The notes under the pieces: model-generated
What the model saw: the letters and a program-made list of their open reading frames with translations, nothing else
Told to the model about the DNA's origin: nothing
The model's database searches: none
Translations under genes and position numbers: made by a program
Part shown: positions 14,958 through 25,733 of the stretch, piece by piece
Layout: each line of letters opens with the position of its first letter
Numbering within the stretch: position 1 is the first letter of the stretch
Origin: Anas platyrhynchos
Lineage: Eukaryota
DNA length: 64,000 bases
NCBI RefSeq assembly: GCF_047663525.1
Contig: NC_092587.1
Coordinates: 188,931,457-188,995,456 of the forward strand
Direction: 5' to 3'

Positions 14958-14995
14958 ATATATATATGTATGTATATGTATATATAAATATATAA
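14918..14995. repeat. (AT)n / (ATGT)n microsatellite
   Basis: acatatatatatatatatatatatatatgtatgtatgtatatatatatatgtatgtatatgtatatata. Confidence 0.9.
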
Positions 14996-16191
14996 GTTCT
15001 AAATTCTATAGAACTTCATTTATATAGATATACTACTTTTAAATAAAAAAATAAAAATATGCATATATAGTTATGAATTAGGTGACTTCTGGAACTCTTG
15101 AGCTCTACTACTATTACGGAAGTTAGACTTCTGAAGAACTGTCTGATTCAGGCATATAAATAGTGAGACAGTCTTTAATGTGCCTTTTCAACTCTGAATA
15201 CCTGGGCAGTTATGTAGCGCTCTGCTCAGAAGGAATTTCTACTGAAAGTAACTGTCCTCAACAGCTAAAGGATGAGTTATTTAAAGATCTGCTTGTACCA
15301 TACATCGATGCTTTTAATGATTTAATTTATGTTGAGGTAATGTTTTAAATTTCATTGTGTAGGGTTCTGTTTTAGACACACAAATGCTGAATTATTAAGT
15401 ATTCAGATGTATGTTTTCAGTTTTGAGTCTGAATTGTTAATAGTCAAGACCGTTTAAGCACATACACCTTAATGTTGAGTATGGAAATAAGGAACGTGTG
15501 CAACATTAACTGGATTTTCATCTTCTGTTGATGCTTCAGGTTAAATTTCACTTTTAAACTAAGCATAGTCCAATAGTCCAACTATGCATTGTATCAGTAG
15601 TTATACTAGTTTATTTGAATTGGGATTTAAAAGTCTGTTTAAAGATCCCTGAAGTGCCATACAAAAGGCTGACACCAGGTAGTATGGACTGAAATGCATT
15701 TAATCTACACATTTGTGGAAATGTAAGCCTTCAGGTTATTTCACTGTTAAAAGAATAAACCTGCAGTCTCTAGAAATACAAAAGCTCAACTTTTTTTCTA
15801 GTTTGACAATATTTCTGTGTCTAACTCCTTTAACAGAGAAGCATTGTAGTTGGTATGTTAGGACTTGGGTATGAAATCACTGTTTGCTCTTCTGTTACAT
15901 AGAGAATATGTATTGTTCAGATGTGCTTGAAAGGATGAAGTTACATTCAGCACCAGAGTTGGTTTGCATACTTAAATTTCTAATTTTTCATTTACTTTAC
16001 AAAGTTGGAGGGTAGCATTAGCAGTCTTTAATTTCCAGCTCCTTTTTGATAATAACTAATTGAATTGCTCCTTTCTTCCCCTCTATGTGTGATCCTGATT
16101 CTGCTGGACTATCTGCTGACCTTCCTGCCAACATCACTTGTGGGTTTTGTTGTAACTTACATTTGGCACGTTCCAAATGGACTTGTATTAG

Positions 16192-16377
16192 CATAATGAG
16201 AGATTCCCTCAAGGAGGTCCATCACAGATGGGTTCACCTCTGGTTAGTAGAACGGGCTCTGAAACTCCTCAGCCGCCAATGAGTGGTGTAGGTGCCGTGA
16301 GTGGTGGACCTGGTGGCTTTGGTAGAGGAAACCCAGGGGGCAACTTTGAAGGACCTAACAAGCGTCGCAGATACTAA
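16192..16377 (+). CDS. PSPC1: PSPC1 terminal coding exon including the stop codon (TAA at 16375-16377). It encodes the C-terminal NLS ...[12 protein letters not shown].
   Basis: Acceptor ttgtattag|CATAATGAG. The frame is continuous with the previous exon (..NGTV|[61 protein letters not shown]). Confidence 0.9.
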   Translation, partial: HNERFPQGGPSQMGSPLVSRTGSETPQPPMSGVGAVSGGPGGFGRGNPGGNFEGPNKRRRY

Positions 16378-16639
16378 AACTTACTTCATTCCTTACTGTT
16401 AAGAAATTCCGGTAAAAATATACGGTTATATGCCTTTATAATTTTAGCTGTTATCTGGAAACGGTTTTATTGTTATTGTAGTCTTTAAAACGGTTTCTTT
16501 TGTAAAACTTTTTTGTATTCAGTCATAGGCTTTGTAGTATAGAGCAGAAATGATGCAGATCAGTATGTAAGGCAATGTGTTTGTGACTAGCAAAATACAA
16601 TGTGTGACTATGCTGTAAAACATGCAGTTATCTGATTAC

Positions 16640-16645
16640 AATAAA
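16640..16645 (+). promoter_or_regulatory. PSPC1: Candidate PSPC1 polyadenylation signal AATAAA, about 265 nt after the stop. More distal sites may also be used.
   Basis: An AATAAA hexamer sits in the AT-rich 3'UTR (..gattacaataaaatat..). Confidence 0.35.
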
Positions 16646-18506
16646 ATATAAACATCACTTGAAAGGATTTTGGGAATGTTATTACTAATACTGGGTGAGA
16701 ATAATTTTATGCTTAATTATAAGTGGCATTTTCATTCTTAGTATGTAGCTTCTACTGTGTGTCAAAAAAATCTATTAATAGTGAACGTATTCAGCTAGAA
16801 GTGCATGTTGCAGTACATACTATGAGAACTTACATTGCAACTGCTTACCTTTGCTTCAACTTTTAGAGCATCAAGTTTTATACAAAGTGTTTTCTTAAGG
16901 ATACTGTGTCCTCTTTTGTTTCAGTCTCCCTCTGCAAACTTAGTCACAGCAGACTTACAGTGTATCTTTCATTCAAATTACTGAAAAAAATAACTTTGGA
17001 GGAAAGAAAAACTAAACAAAAAACATAAAACCTCTGGAAAAGGAATCTGTATGTTTACTTTATTCATGATGGTATGAATGAATTTACCTAAACTATACTT
17101 GTGCAGAAGAAAAATTGTTGTGACATGAGTGTGTTGTACTGATTGTTAAAGTATCCTGGCATCGAAGGGAGGAAACACTTGTGCAAGCTGGTTTAAAGCC
17201 TTCCACTGATGTACGATGCATTATTATATATTTCCCCCACTGGTTGCATTGAAACAAATCTGTTATCATCAATTAAATGTTTAATTCATAGGCAAATAGG
17301 GGTTTTCTAGTTAAAATGGTTGTTTGCTTATAGCAGAGGATTCATATGCATTTAGAAGGACTTCACATAAGTATTCTTGAAAAATGTTTTGCAGAATGAT
17401 AAATTTGGAAAATATCCATTCCCAACACAACACACACTAGTTTTGCAGAATGAGTATTGAGATTGGAACTAATGATAAAGCTGCTAAGAAGCTTCTTATG
17501 TTCAGATTTCAGCAGTCATGGAAGATGATGGAAAAGGCCTATTGGTTCTATTCCTGTAATGGCAAGAAAGTAGGGATATGTTTGGTTACTATGACTTTTT
17601 TTTTTCCTGTGAAAGTGTTTTGTTTTGCATCTGTTCTTATGTTTTCTCAAGTAGAAATAATTAAAATTTATATGCATGAATAGTGCTACTAAATTGCTTC
17701 AGAACTGATTTAAGATAACATTGTGCCCTAATTATATTGGAATGGTATGTATGTAGCTCAAAGCATGGGATGCAAGCAGCAGAGAGCATGTATGTGTTAC
17801 TTTTTAATATAGCAGTGATGGTCTTGGTGAATTTAACTGTGAGTAAATGAGTAAAATTAAAAAAACAAAAAAAAAAACAAAAAAAAAACAAAACATTGCT
17901 AACATTTTGGAAGCATACTGTTTGAGTTGCCAGTATTGTATGGCCAAAGATAATGTGAGATTGTTTTCTTAGAATTCAAGAGTTACCGTGTGAATAAGTC
18001 CTCACTTGTGACATCTCTAATTACTAAACATTTTCTTCTTGACTATCTTTAATACTGCCTTTTTTTGCTCGGAGATGCATGCCACGTTATGCAATAGCGA
18101 GTTAGTTTTAAAGTCTGACATACTGTTCCCTCCTTGATACACGTATCACGTTACAGCACTCATTCTTCCAGAAAAAAACACCTGCAACCGCTTTTCTTGA
18201 GCATACTGGTCCTGGAAATTTAGCATTTGGGAAAATAGCTGCTTTTTCACTAGGTATAAATTAGTATTTAGAGCAATTACTTAAGATTTCTACTTTCATG
18301 TTCTGCATTCAGTTGAAAATGCAGTTTACATTAGTGTGTATTAAGGTGTGTAAATACTATTTTGTCCCATCTTTTCAGGCCTTGTTTTGAACATAGCATT
18401 TCTATGGGGATTGAGAAAGATAGGTGAGGTTATTAATTCCAAACTGTAAAGCTGTGAGGGGAACATGTTTTAAACAATGTAACCTGAACTAGGTTCAGGA
18501 GGCTTG

Positions 18507-18533
18507 TTCCTTTTTTTTTTTTTTTTTTTTTTT
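18507..18533. repeat. T26 homopolymer
   Basis: ttttttttttttttttttttttttt. Confidence 0.8.
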
Positions 18534-21500
18534 AGGAGAAGGCTGTGTCACTTGGCCCTTTTGGCCAACTCCCGTGTATTCAGGTAGATAAGGTAGTATC
18601 TCTGTAGTATCTAAATGTGTTTCAAAAGTTCATTAAGCATATCTAATCTGCGAAAAGTGCTTCATTCTTCCCCAGCCAGCCTCAGACTGTCTTGAGTGCA
18701 TATGTTTGCACTGCATTTTTTTTTTTTTTGGTAACAAACCAAGCTATGTATTTACTTGAAAGTTCCTGTAGACTTTAAGTGTAACACTGGTGATTTTCAC
18801 TCCATACTTAATAGCCACCATCAATATTAAAACTTTTGGTCATAAATGGCTCTGCTGCATGCTGGAATGCATGTTTATCTGCTGTCCTTACTACAGAAAA
18901 TCATCTAGTCTTTACATATCCACGTAACAAGCCTTTAAGTCTTGAAAGAAATATAGAAATGTTGAATTTGGATGCACTTCAAACATTTTATGAATTCCTT
19001 TTGTAGCTAATGACAGGCTGCTAAGTTCTGCTCTGAATTAAATTTTTCTTAGGACTGTCTGGCCATGTTGATTGTATGCAGCTCAATGGTAAAGGCAGTG
19101 CTTTTTCATTTTGCCATATGTCGTAGTAACTGGCTAGCTCTTCAGCAAACAATTTTGTTAAAAAAAGGAATGGTCCTAATTAAATTGTTAAAAATGGTAG
19201 GGAGATATGGCCAACCAGTGTTTTTGCTTGAAGATACAGCCCATATGCTGGAAGTGATTTATTTTTCTTGTTCCTCATCAAGCGTAGTAGTAGTTTATCA
19301 GCTTTTCTGTGCACACATATACTGAAGTTCTGAACTCTTACCATTTTTGCTGAGGCAGTGCAAATGATCTTGCAAAGGATATGAGATTGTAATGGAATTA
19401 CTTCTGGTATTTTCTGAGTTTTTAGATTATTCTTGAAATTTTGATATAAATTGCTTAATTTTTTTTATGAGATACAACTTCAGTACTGGAATATAGTAAA
19501 GCTTAAATATCTGTATTACTATTCCATATAATTAAAAGCAAAGCTGACCTTAAGTTGTTTATTGTCCACGTCTATATTTTATCCAGTTCAATCTAAAGAT
19601 ACACCAGACTGGTGACTCCTATTAGAACAGGGGTTATAACAGATGGCAAAGACACAATATAAACTGAATATTATATGAACTTAATTTTAACCATGCTCAA
19701 CAGGATTTTGTAGTCTGCACTCATTGAGATCCATAGTATATTGTCATAGGTTAAAATTTATACCAAACTCATTGTTCCCTCTTTGGTGTCTTTCCTCAAA
19801 GTTTAAAGAAAAATTACATGTTCTTTTAACAAATGATGACACAAAAATGCATCAACCCCGTGAAGCACTGATTGATAAACAGTTGCAATCTGCCGAGAGA
19901 TAACTTGGCCCAAAAAATGATGAAGTAATTGATCTAAAAGAACATTCTTAAGTAGAAAATAAAACCACAACAACAGCCTTATGTTTTGATGTGAGATGCT
20001 CAGCAAATAAATGGTGTGCTCTGAAGGCATGAAGGTCATTTTACTTAAGCATATTGAGGGAACAAATTTTTTTGGCATATGATTTCCTATAAAGAAAAAA
20101 TGTATATTAGATAAGTCTTTTCTCCAATTAATATACAGCAATGGAGCTATTAAAATAGTAGGGAAGGCCAGGTGGTAACTAATGGGGTCAATTTCCATTG
20201 GGCCATAGGTGTGGATGGACACTCAGTGCCATTCCTAGGTGTGGAGTGGTGCCAATCCATACGTAATCTCACACAGCCTGCATCCAGAGTGTCTTGTTAG
20301 CTCATGCTTCGGGCTAGGACTGGGGGACTTGATAGCATATTTTCCAAATGCTCTTTAACTGTTTCCTTAGGTGCCCTGAATTTATTGATTTGGGCACTGT
20401 GCTGCCATTAACATGCAAAATTATCTTGGGATTTGGTGCTTTCCTTGGGGTGTTAGCTTAGCTCTAACATGAGGAAGTATCAGTCCAACCTGCCTCATCC
20501 TTCAGTAGTGAGGAGGCAGCGAGTGTGGCCTGGGAAAATACAGGGGTCAGACATTGCTATGTTCAGTTGTTGGTTATTTCTTTCATGCTCTTTTGGAAGC
20601 AAACAGAGGACTGCCTCATACCCAAAGTATTTGTTTTCATTAAAATCAATTTGATGAAATGTGAGAATTTAATAACAATAGAATGATTGAGTTGCATTAC
20701 TTAGTCATGTATTATGTTTTTTTTTTTTTTTTCCCATAGGAAAAAAAAGGCAGCTTTTTGCTGCCTTTTGGGATACACCATAAAATATACTTAGGTGGCC
20801 TCTCAGTTTGGCCTTTTGCTGAAGAAATCTGTTGTGTAAATTTGTGTTTTTTCCCCATAGAATGTTTTTAAAATCATAGCTGAAGACATTTTTTCTAAAA
20901 ATTTAAGTTGTAGGATAGAGAACTGAATATCCAATTTTCACAAAACAATACTTTCATCTTAAATACATGTGAAACAAGCCTTGTGTGTGTTCATTTTTCA
21001 TGGGATAGATTTAATAGGTCTTTTCCATCTTGAACTTCCTTAAGCTGTGATTAATTGAAATTTGGAGGTATTCATATTAATTACTTCAGCCTGATGTCTA
21101 AAAGTGGCAGGAGGATGACTTTCTTCAGAAAAGCAGTTAACAGCAACCTTTTTTTCCTCATTGAAGGAAAAAAAAAAAAAATTGTTTGGAGATTACAAAA
21201 AAAAAAAACAACAAAAAACCAGCATACATATTGGTAAAATAATTTAAAAAACTGCTATCATGTAATGATTTTTACGCCCATATTGCATTAACAGGGAAAA
21301 AATAAAGCTTTATAAACCTGAGTAAAAAAAAATCTGAGTAAAATCGTGCTGGTTTGTATGTAGTCCCTTAAATAGGGGACAAAATGCTCGTAATAAGAGG
21401 TATGAGATTGAAAAGGAACTTCACTGTGTTACTGCATCCAGGTGTTGATGATTTCTATCACTTTGTGTTGGTAAACGGTTTGTCTAGAGCTTCTATTGTT

Positions 21501-22620
21501 TGTAGTTCTTCTAGTGTGCTTTTTTATATCTAATTTCTGTAGAGTAAAACATAGTTGTATAATTTGAATTTACATGCTAAATGTATGTGAGACATAAAGT
21601 GCTTGACTTAAGAACAGTGAGAATAAAGATGTTGTCCTTGCCATTGATTTCTCAGTAAAAAAAAAAGATTGCACACAACCTTGAACAGGAGTAAGTGTGA
21701 AGTCTTGTATGTAAGTTGAAAACAGGGAAGGGGGGAATAAAGAAACATAAAAATAGGAGAATTGTGGTTTACTTTTGTATTTTCACTAGATATACAACAG
21801 TAACTTGAAATCTCGTTCTTAATGAAAATCACAAGCTCACGTTAATGGAAAACAAAGAAATACCAGTTACACTAGTGTTCTTGATTTTTTTAAACCTTGA
21901 GTTTAGCATTTTGCAGACTGCCAAGGAAAATCAGAAGAATTGAAATGAATTAATAAATGGATTTTTTTAAATACTCATGAGTTACAGAGATGGTCATTGC
22001 AATTGGCTATGTTCTGTGTTACTCTTGCAAAGTTCTTCTGTAGGACTTGAATTTTGTCTGGTTACAGCAACTGCACACAGTGCACAAGCCTCATGGTTTT
22101 GTAAGTATGAAACAGCTGATTTTAGAATGGTTAGCTTCTGGGAATCCAAACTTACACTTAAGTATTACAATCAGAGAAGCAGCAAACAGAAGGCAGTGTA
22201 AGGAGAAAGAATACTGAGTATTTCCTGGTGTTTATGGAAAAGAATTAGGGTATTCTCCTCAGTTTCTTTAGCCTTAATTTCACTGTAATAATTTCTGTGA
22301 AAGGGAAAGTAGTTTTACTCTTAGTGAACATTTTTGGGAAAAAATGGTTTTCTTTAAATAACCACATACTGTTAAGGTGGAAATAGGAAACATAATCAGT
22401 CTCAAAAGATGCAGAAACCACAAGCATTTATTATAATTCCTTTGCAGATGATTGTTCTTCGTGTTTTTGGCATTTTAATGTGCTTCCTTTTTTTTTTAAG
22501 CTCCAGTACGGATACTGCTGTTCCTCCATTATTTGCTGTAAAAGGATTTATTCTGCAGTGCTGTTGCTAAGCTTAAATATTTGATCTAGTGTAAAATATT
22601 AGGGGGGGCTGGGACGGTTA

Positions 22621-22878
22621 GTGGACGGAGCGGGAGTGCAGGTAGTGTTTTCGTCCATCCCTACGGTGACAGGGAGGGGTACGGAGAGGACCAGGAAAGC
22701 CCACCTGTTAAACACATGGCTCCGGGGCTGGTGCCAACGCAGAGATCTTGGGTTTTTCGACCATGGGGCAGTTTATTCAGCACCTGGTCTGATGGCCGTA
22801 GACGGGTCCCTATCCTTTAGGGGAAAAAGGATCCTTGGCCAGGAGCTGGCGGGGCTCATTGATAGGGCTTTAAACTAG
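22621..22878 (+). pseudogene. CR1 ORF1, C-terminal remnant only (5'-truncated)
   Basis: The 85-aa ORF ends immediately upstream of ORF2 and its C-terminus resembles CR1 ORF1p. The element begins at about 22598, so most of ORF1 is missing. Confidence 0.6.
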
Positions 22879-22919
22879 GTAAGAAGGGGGATGGGGGTGA
22901 AGCAAGGATTGTTGGAGCT

Positions 22920-25733
22920 GTGCCAGGGGGAACTATGGCAAGGCCGGGGAATAAGGTAATGGCCCAGCTGAAGTGCATCTACACCAATGCACGCAGCATG
23001 GGTAACAAACAGGAGGAGCTGGAAGCCATCGTGCAGCAGGCAGGCTACGACTTGGTTGCCATCACGGAAACATGGTGGGACCAATCTCATGACTGGAGTG
23101 CTGCTATGCCTGGCTATAGGCTCTTCAGAAGGGACAGGCAGCACAGAAGGGGTGGCGGTGTGGCTCTCTATATTAGAGAGTCTTTCGATGTTGTGGAACT
23201 CGAGGCTAGGAATGACAAAATCGAGTCCCTTTGGGTTAGGATCGGCAGGGACAACAAGGCTAGTGTCCTGGTCGGGGTCTGCTATAGACCGCCGAACCAG
23301 GATGAGGAGACGGATGAGGAGTTCTACAGGCAGCTGACAGAAGTTGCGAAATCTTCAGCGCTTGTACTCGTGGGGGACTTCAACTTCCCTGACATATCCT
23401 GGAAGCACAACACAGCCCAGAGAAAGCAGTCTAGGAGGTTTCTGGAGAAAGTGGAAGATAGCTTCCTGACGCAGCTGATTAGTGAACCTACCAGGAGTGG
23501 TGCCCTGCTAGACCTTCTCTTCACAAACAGAGAAGGACTGGTGGAGGATGTGATTGTCGGGAGCTGTCTTGGGCAGAGTGACCACGAAATGGTGGAGTTC
23601 ACTATTCTTGGCGAGGCCAGGAAGGGAACCAGTAAAACCACTGTATTGGACTTCCGGAGGGCTGACTTTGGGCTGCTCAGGACACTAGTTGGTGGAATCC
23701 CCTGGGAGGCGGTTCTGAAGGGCAGAGGGGTCCAGGAAGGCTGGGCGCTCTTCAAGAGGCAAATCCTAATGGAGCAGGAGTGGTCTGTTCCCATGTGCCC
23801 AAAGATGAGCCAGCGGGGAAGAAGACCAGCCTGGCTGAACAGAGAACTGTGGCTTGAACTTAGGAGAAAAAAGAGGGTTTATAATCTTTGGAAAAGTGGA
23901 CAGGCCACTAGGGAGGACTATAAGGATGTAGCGAGGCTGTGCAGGGACAAAATTAGGAAGGCCAAAGCTCATCTGGAGCTCAATCTGGCTACTGCTGTTA
24001 AAGATAACAAAAAATGCTTTTATAAATACATCAACACAAAAAGGAGGACAAAGGAGAATCTCCATCCTTTACTGGATGCGGGGGGAAACTTAGTTGCAAG
24101 AGATGAGGAAAAGGCGGAGGTGCTCAATGCCTTCTTTGCCTCAGTCTTTAGTGGCAATACCAGTTGTTCTCTGGATACCCAGTACCCTGAGCTGGTGGAA
24201 GGGGATGGGGAGCAGGATGTGGCCCTCACCATCCACGAAGAACTGGTTGGTGACCTGCTACGGCGCTTGGATGTGCACAAGTCGATGGGGCCGGATGGGA
24301 TCCACCCAAGGGTACTGAGAGAACTGGCAGAGGAGCTGGCCAAACCACTATCCATCATTTATCAGCAGTCCTGGCTATCGGGGGAGGTCCCAGCTGACTG
24401 GCGGCTAGCGAATGTGACGCCCATCTACAAGAAGGGCCGGAGGGCTGACCCGGGGAACTACAGGCCTGTCAGTTTGACCTCAGTACCAGGGAAGCTCATG
24501 GAGCAGATCCTCTTGGGAGTCATCATGTGGCACTTGCAGGGCAAGCAGGCGATCAGGCCCAGTCAGCATGGGTTTATGGAAGGCAGGTCCTGCTTGACGA
24601 ACCTGATCTCCTTCTACGACAAAGTGACGCGCTGGGTGGACGAGGGAAAGGCTGTGGATGTGGTCTACCTTGACTTCAGCAAGGCTTTTGACACCGTCTC
24701 CCACAGCATTCTCCTCAAGAAACTGGCTGCTCTTGGCTTGGACTGGCGCACGCTTCGTTGGGTTAGAAACTGGCTGGATAGCCGGGCCCAAAGAGTTGTG
24801 CTAAATGGAGTCAAGTCCAGTTGGAGGCCAGTCACTAGTGGCGTCCCCCAGGGCTCGGTGCTGGGGCCGGTCCTCTTTAACATCTTCATCAATGATCTGG
24901 ACGAGGGCATTGAGTGCACCCTCAGTAAGTTTGCAGATGACACCAAGTTAGGTGCGTGTGTCGATCTGCTCGAGGGTAGGAAGGCTCTGCAGGAGGATCT
25001 GGATAGGCTGCACCAATGGGCTGAGGTCAACTGCATGAAGTTTAACAAGGCCAAGTGCCGGGTCCTGCACCTGGGGCGCAATAACCCCAAGCAGAACTAC
25101 AGGCTGGGAGAGGAATGGTTGGAGAGCTGCCAGGCAGAGAAGGACCTGGGAGTGATGGTGGACAGTCGGCTGAATATGAGCCAGCAGTGTGCTCAGGTGG
25201 CCAAGAAGGCCAACGGCATCCTGGCTTGTATCAGAAACACTGTGACCAGCAGGGCTAGGGAGGTGATCGTCCCCCTGTACTCGGCTCTGGTGAGGCCGCA
25301 CCTTGAGTACTGTGTTCAGTTTTGGGCCCCTCGCTACAAGAAGGACATCGAGGTGCTTGAGCGGGTCCAGAGAAGGGCGACGAAGCTGGTGAGGGGCCTG
25401 GAGAACAAGTCCTATGAGGAGCGGCTGAAGGAGCTGGGCTTGTTCAGCCTGGAGAAGAGGAGGCTCAGGGGCGACCTTATTGCTCTCTACAGATACCTTA
25501 AAGGAGGCTGTAGAGAGGTGGGGGTTGGCCTGTTCTCCCACGTGCCTGGTGACAGGACGAGGGGGAATGGGCTAAAGTTGCGCCAGGGGAGTTTTAGGTT
25601 AGATGTTAGGAAGAATTTCTTTACCGAAAGGGTTGTGAGGCATTGGAACAGGCTGCCCAGGGAGGTGGTGGAGTCACCATCCCTGGAAGTCTTCAAAAGA
25701 CATTTAGATGTAGAGCTTAGGGATATGGTTTAG
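22920..25733 (+). CDS. CR1 ORF2 protein (apurinic/apyrimidinic-like endonuclease plus reverse transcriptase), intact 937 aa
   Basis: The N-terminal EEP endonuclease region reads ..[40 protein letters not shown]. The RT motifs are ..[17 protein letters not shown].., ..[20 protein letters not shown].. and ..FADDTKLG... The CR1 C-terminus reads ..[30 protein letters not shown]. There are no internal stops or frameshifts. Confidence 0.9.
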   Translation: MPGGTMARPGNKVMAQLKCIYTNARSMGNKQEELEAIVQQAGYDLVAITETWWDQSHDWSAAMPGYRLFRRDRQHRRGGGVALYIRESFDVVELEARNDKIESLWVRIGRDNKASVLVGVCYRPPNQDEETDEEFYRQLTEVAKSSALVLVGDFNFPDISWKHNTAQRKQSRRFLEKVEDSFLTQLISEPTRSGALLDLLFTNREGLVEDVIVGSCLGQSDHEMVEFTILGEARKGTSKTTVLDFRRADFGLLRTLVGGIPWEAVLKGRGVQEGWALFKRQILMEQEWSVPMCPKMSQRGRRPAWLNRELWLELRRKKRVYNLWKSGQATREDYKDVARLCRDKIRKAKAHLELNLATAVKDNKKCFYKYINTKRRTKENLHPLLDAGGNLVARDEEKAEVLNAFFASVFSGNTSCSLDTQYPELVEGDGEQDVALTIHEELVGDLLRRLDVHKSMGPDGIHPRVLRELAEELAKPLSIIYQQSWLSGEVPADWRLANVTPIYKKGRRADPGNYRPVSLTSVPGKLMEQILLGVIMWHLQGKQAIRPSQHGFMEGRSCLTNLISFYDKVTRWVDEGKAVDVVYLDFSKAFDTVSHSILLKKLAALGLDWRTLRWVRNWLDSRAQRVVLNGVKSSWRPVTSGVPQGSVLGPVLFNIFINDLDEGIECTLSKFADDTKLGACVDLLEGRKALQEDLDRLHQWAEVNCMKFNKAKCRVLHLGRNNPKQNYRLGEEWLESCQAEKDLGVMVDSRLNMSQQCAQVAKKANGILACIRNTVTSRAREVIVPLYSALVRPHLEYCVQFWAPRYKKDIEVLERVQRRATKLVRGLENKSYEERLKELGLFSLEKRRLRGDLIALYRYLKGGCREVGVGLFSHVPGDRTRGNGLKLRQGSFRLDVRKNFFTERVVRHWNRLPREVVESPSLEVFKRHLDVELRDMV

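Larger units (their letters stand above)
8560..16900 (+). other. PSPC1: PSPC1 gene, 3' portion: the last 3 coding exons plus 3'UTR. Upstream exons lie before the window or in an unscanned intron.
   Basis: The spliced translation reads ...REQEMRMGDMGPRGAINMG|[57 protein letters not shown]|[61 protein letters not shown]. This matches my recollection of the vertebrate PSPC1 C-terminus. Splice sites are canonical. Confidence 0.85.

Noticed and set aside
12656-16377. First impression that the Gly/Pro/Met-rich exon and the ..[10 protein letters not shown] terminus belonged to NONO or SFPQ
   Set aside because: From my recollection of the three human DBHS proteins, NONO ends ..EFAPNKRRRY and SFPQ ends ..EGPNKKPRF. 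The exact string ..[46 protein letters not shown] is that of PSPC1. Synteny with MPHOSPH8 supports the same call.
19803-20222. 139-aa minus-strand ORF
   Set aside because: Its hydrophobic, low-complexity composition (..LLYINW..FFFIGNH..LLLWFYFLLKNVLL..) is typical of a chance ORF in AT-rich sequence. No splice sites or homology are apparent.
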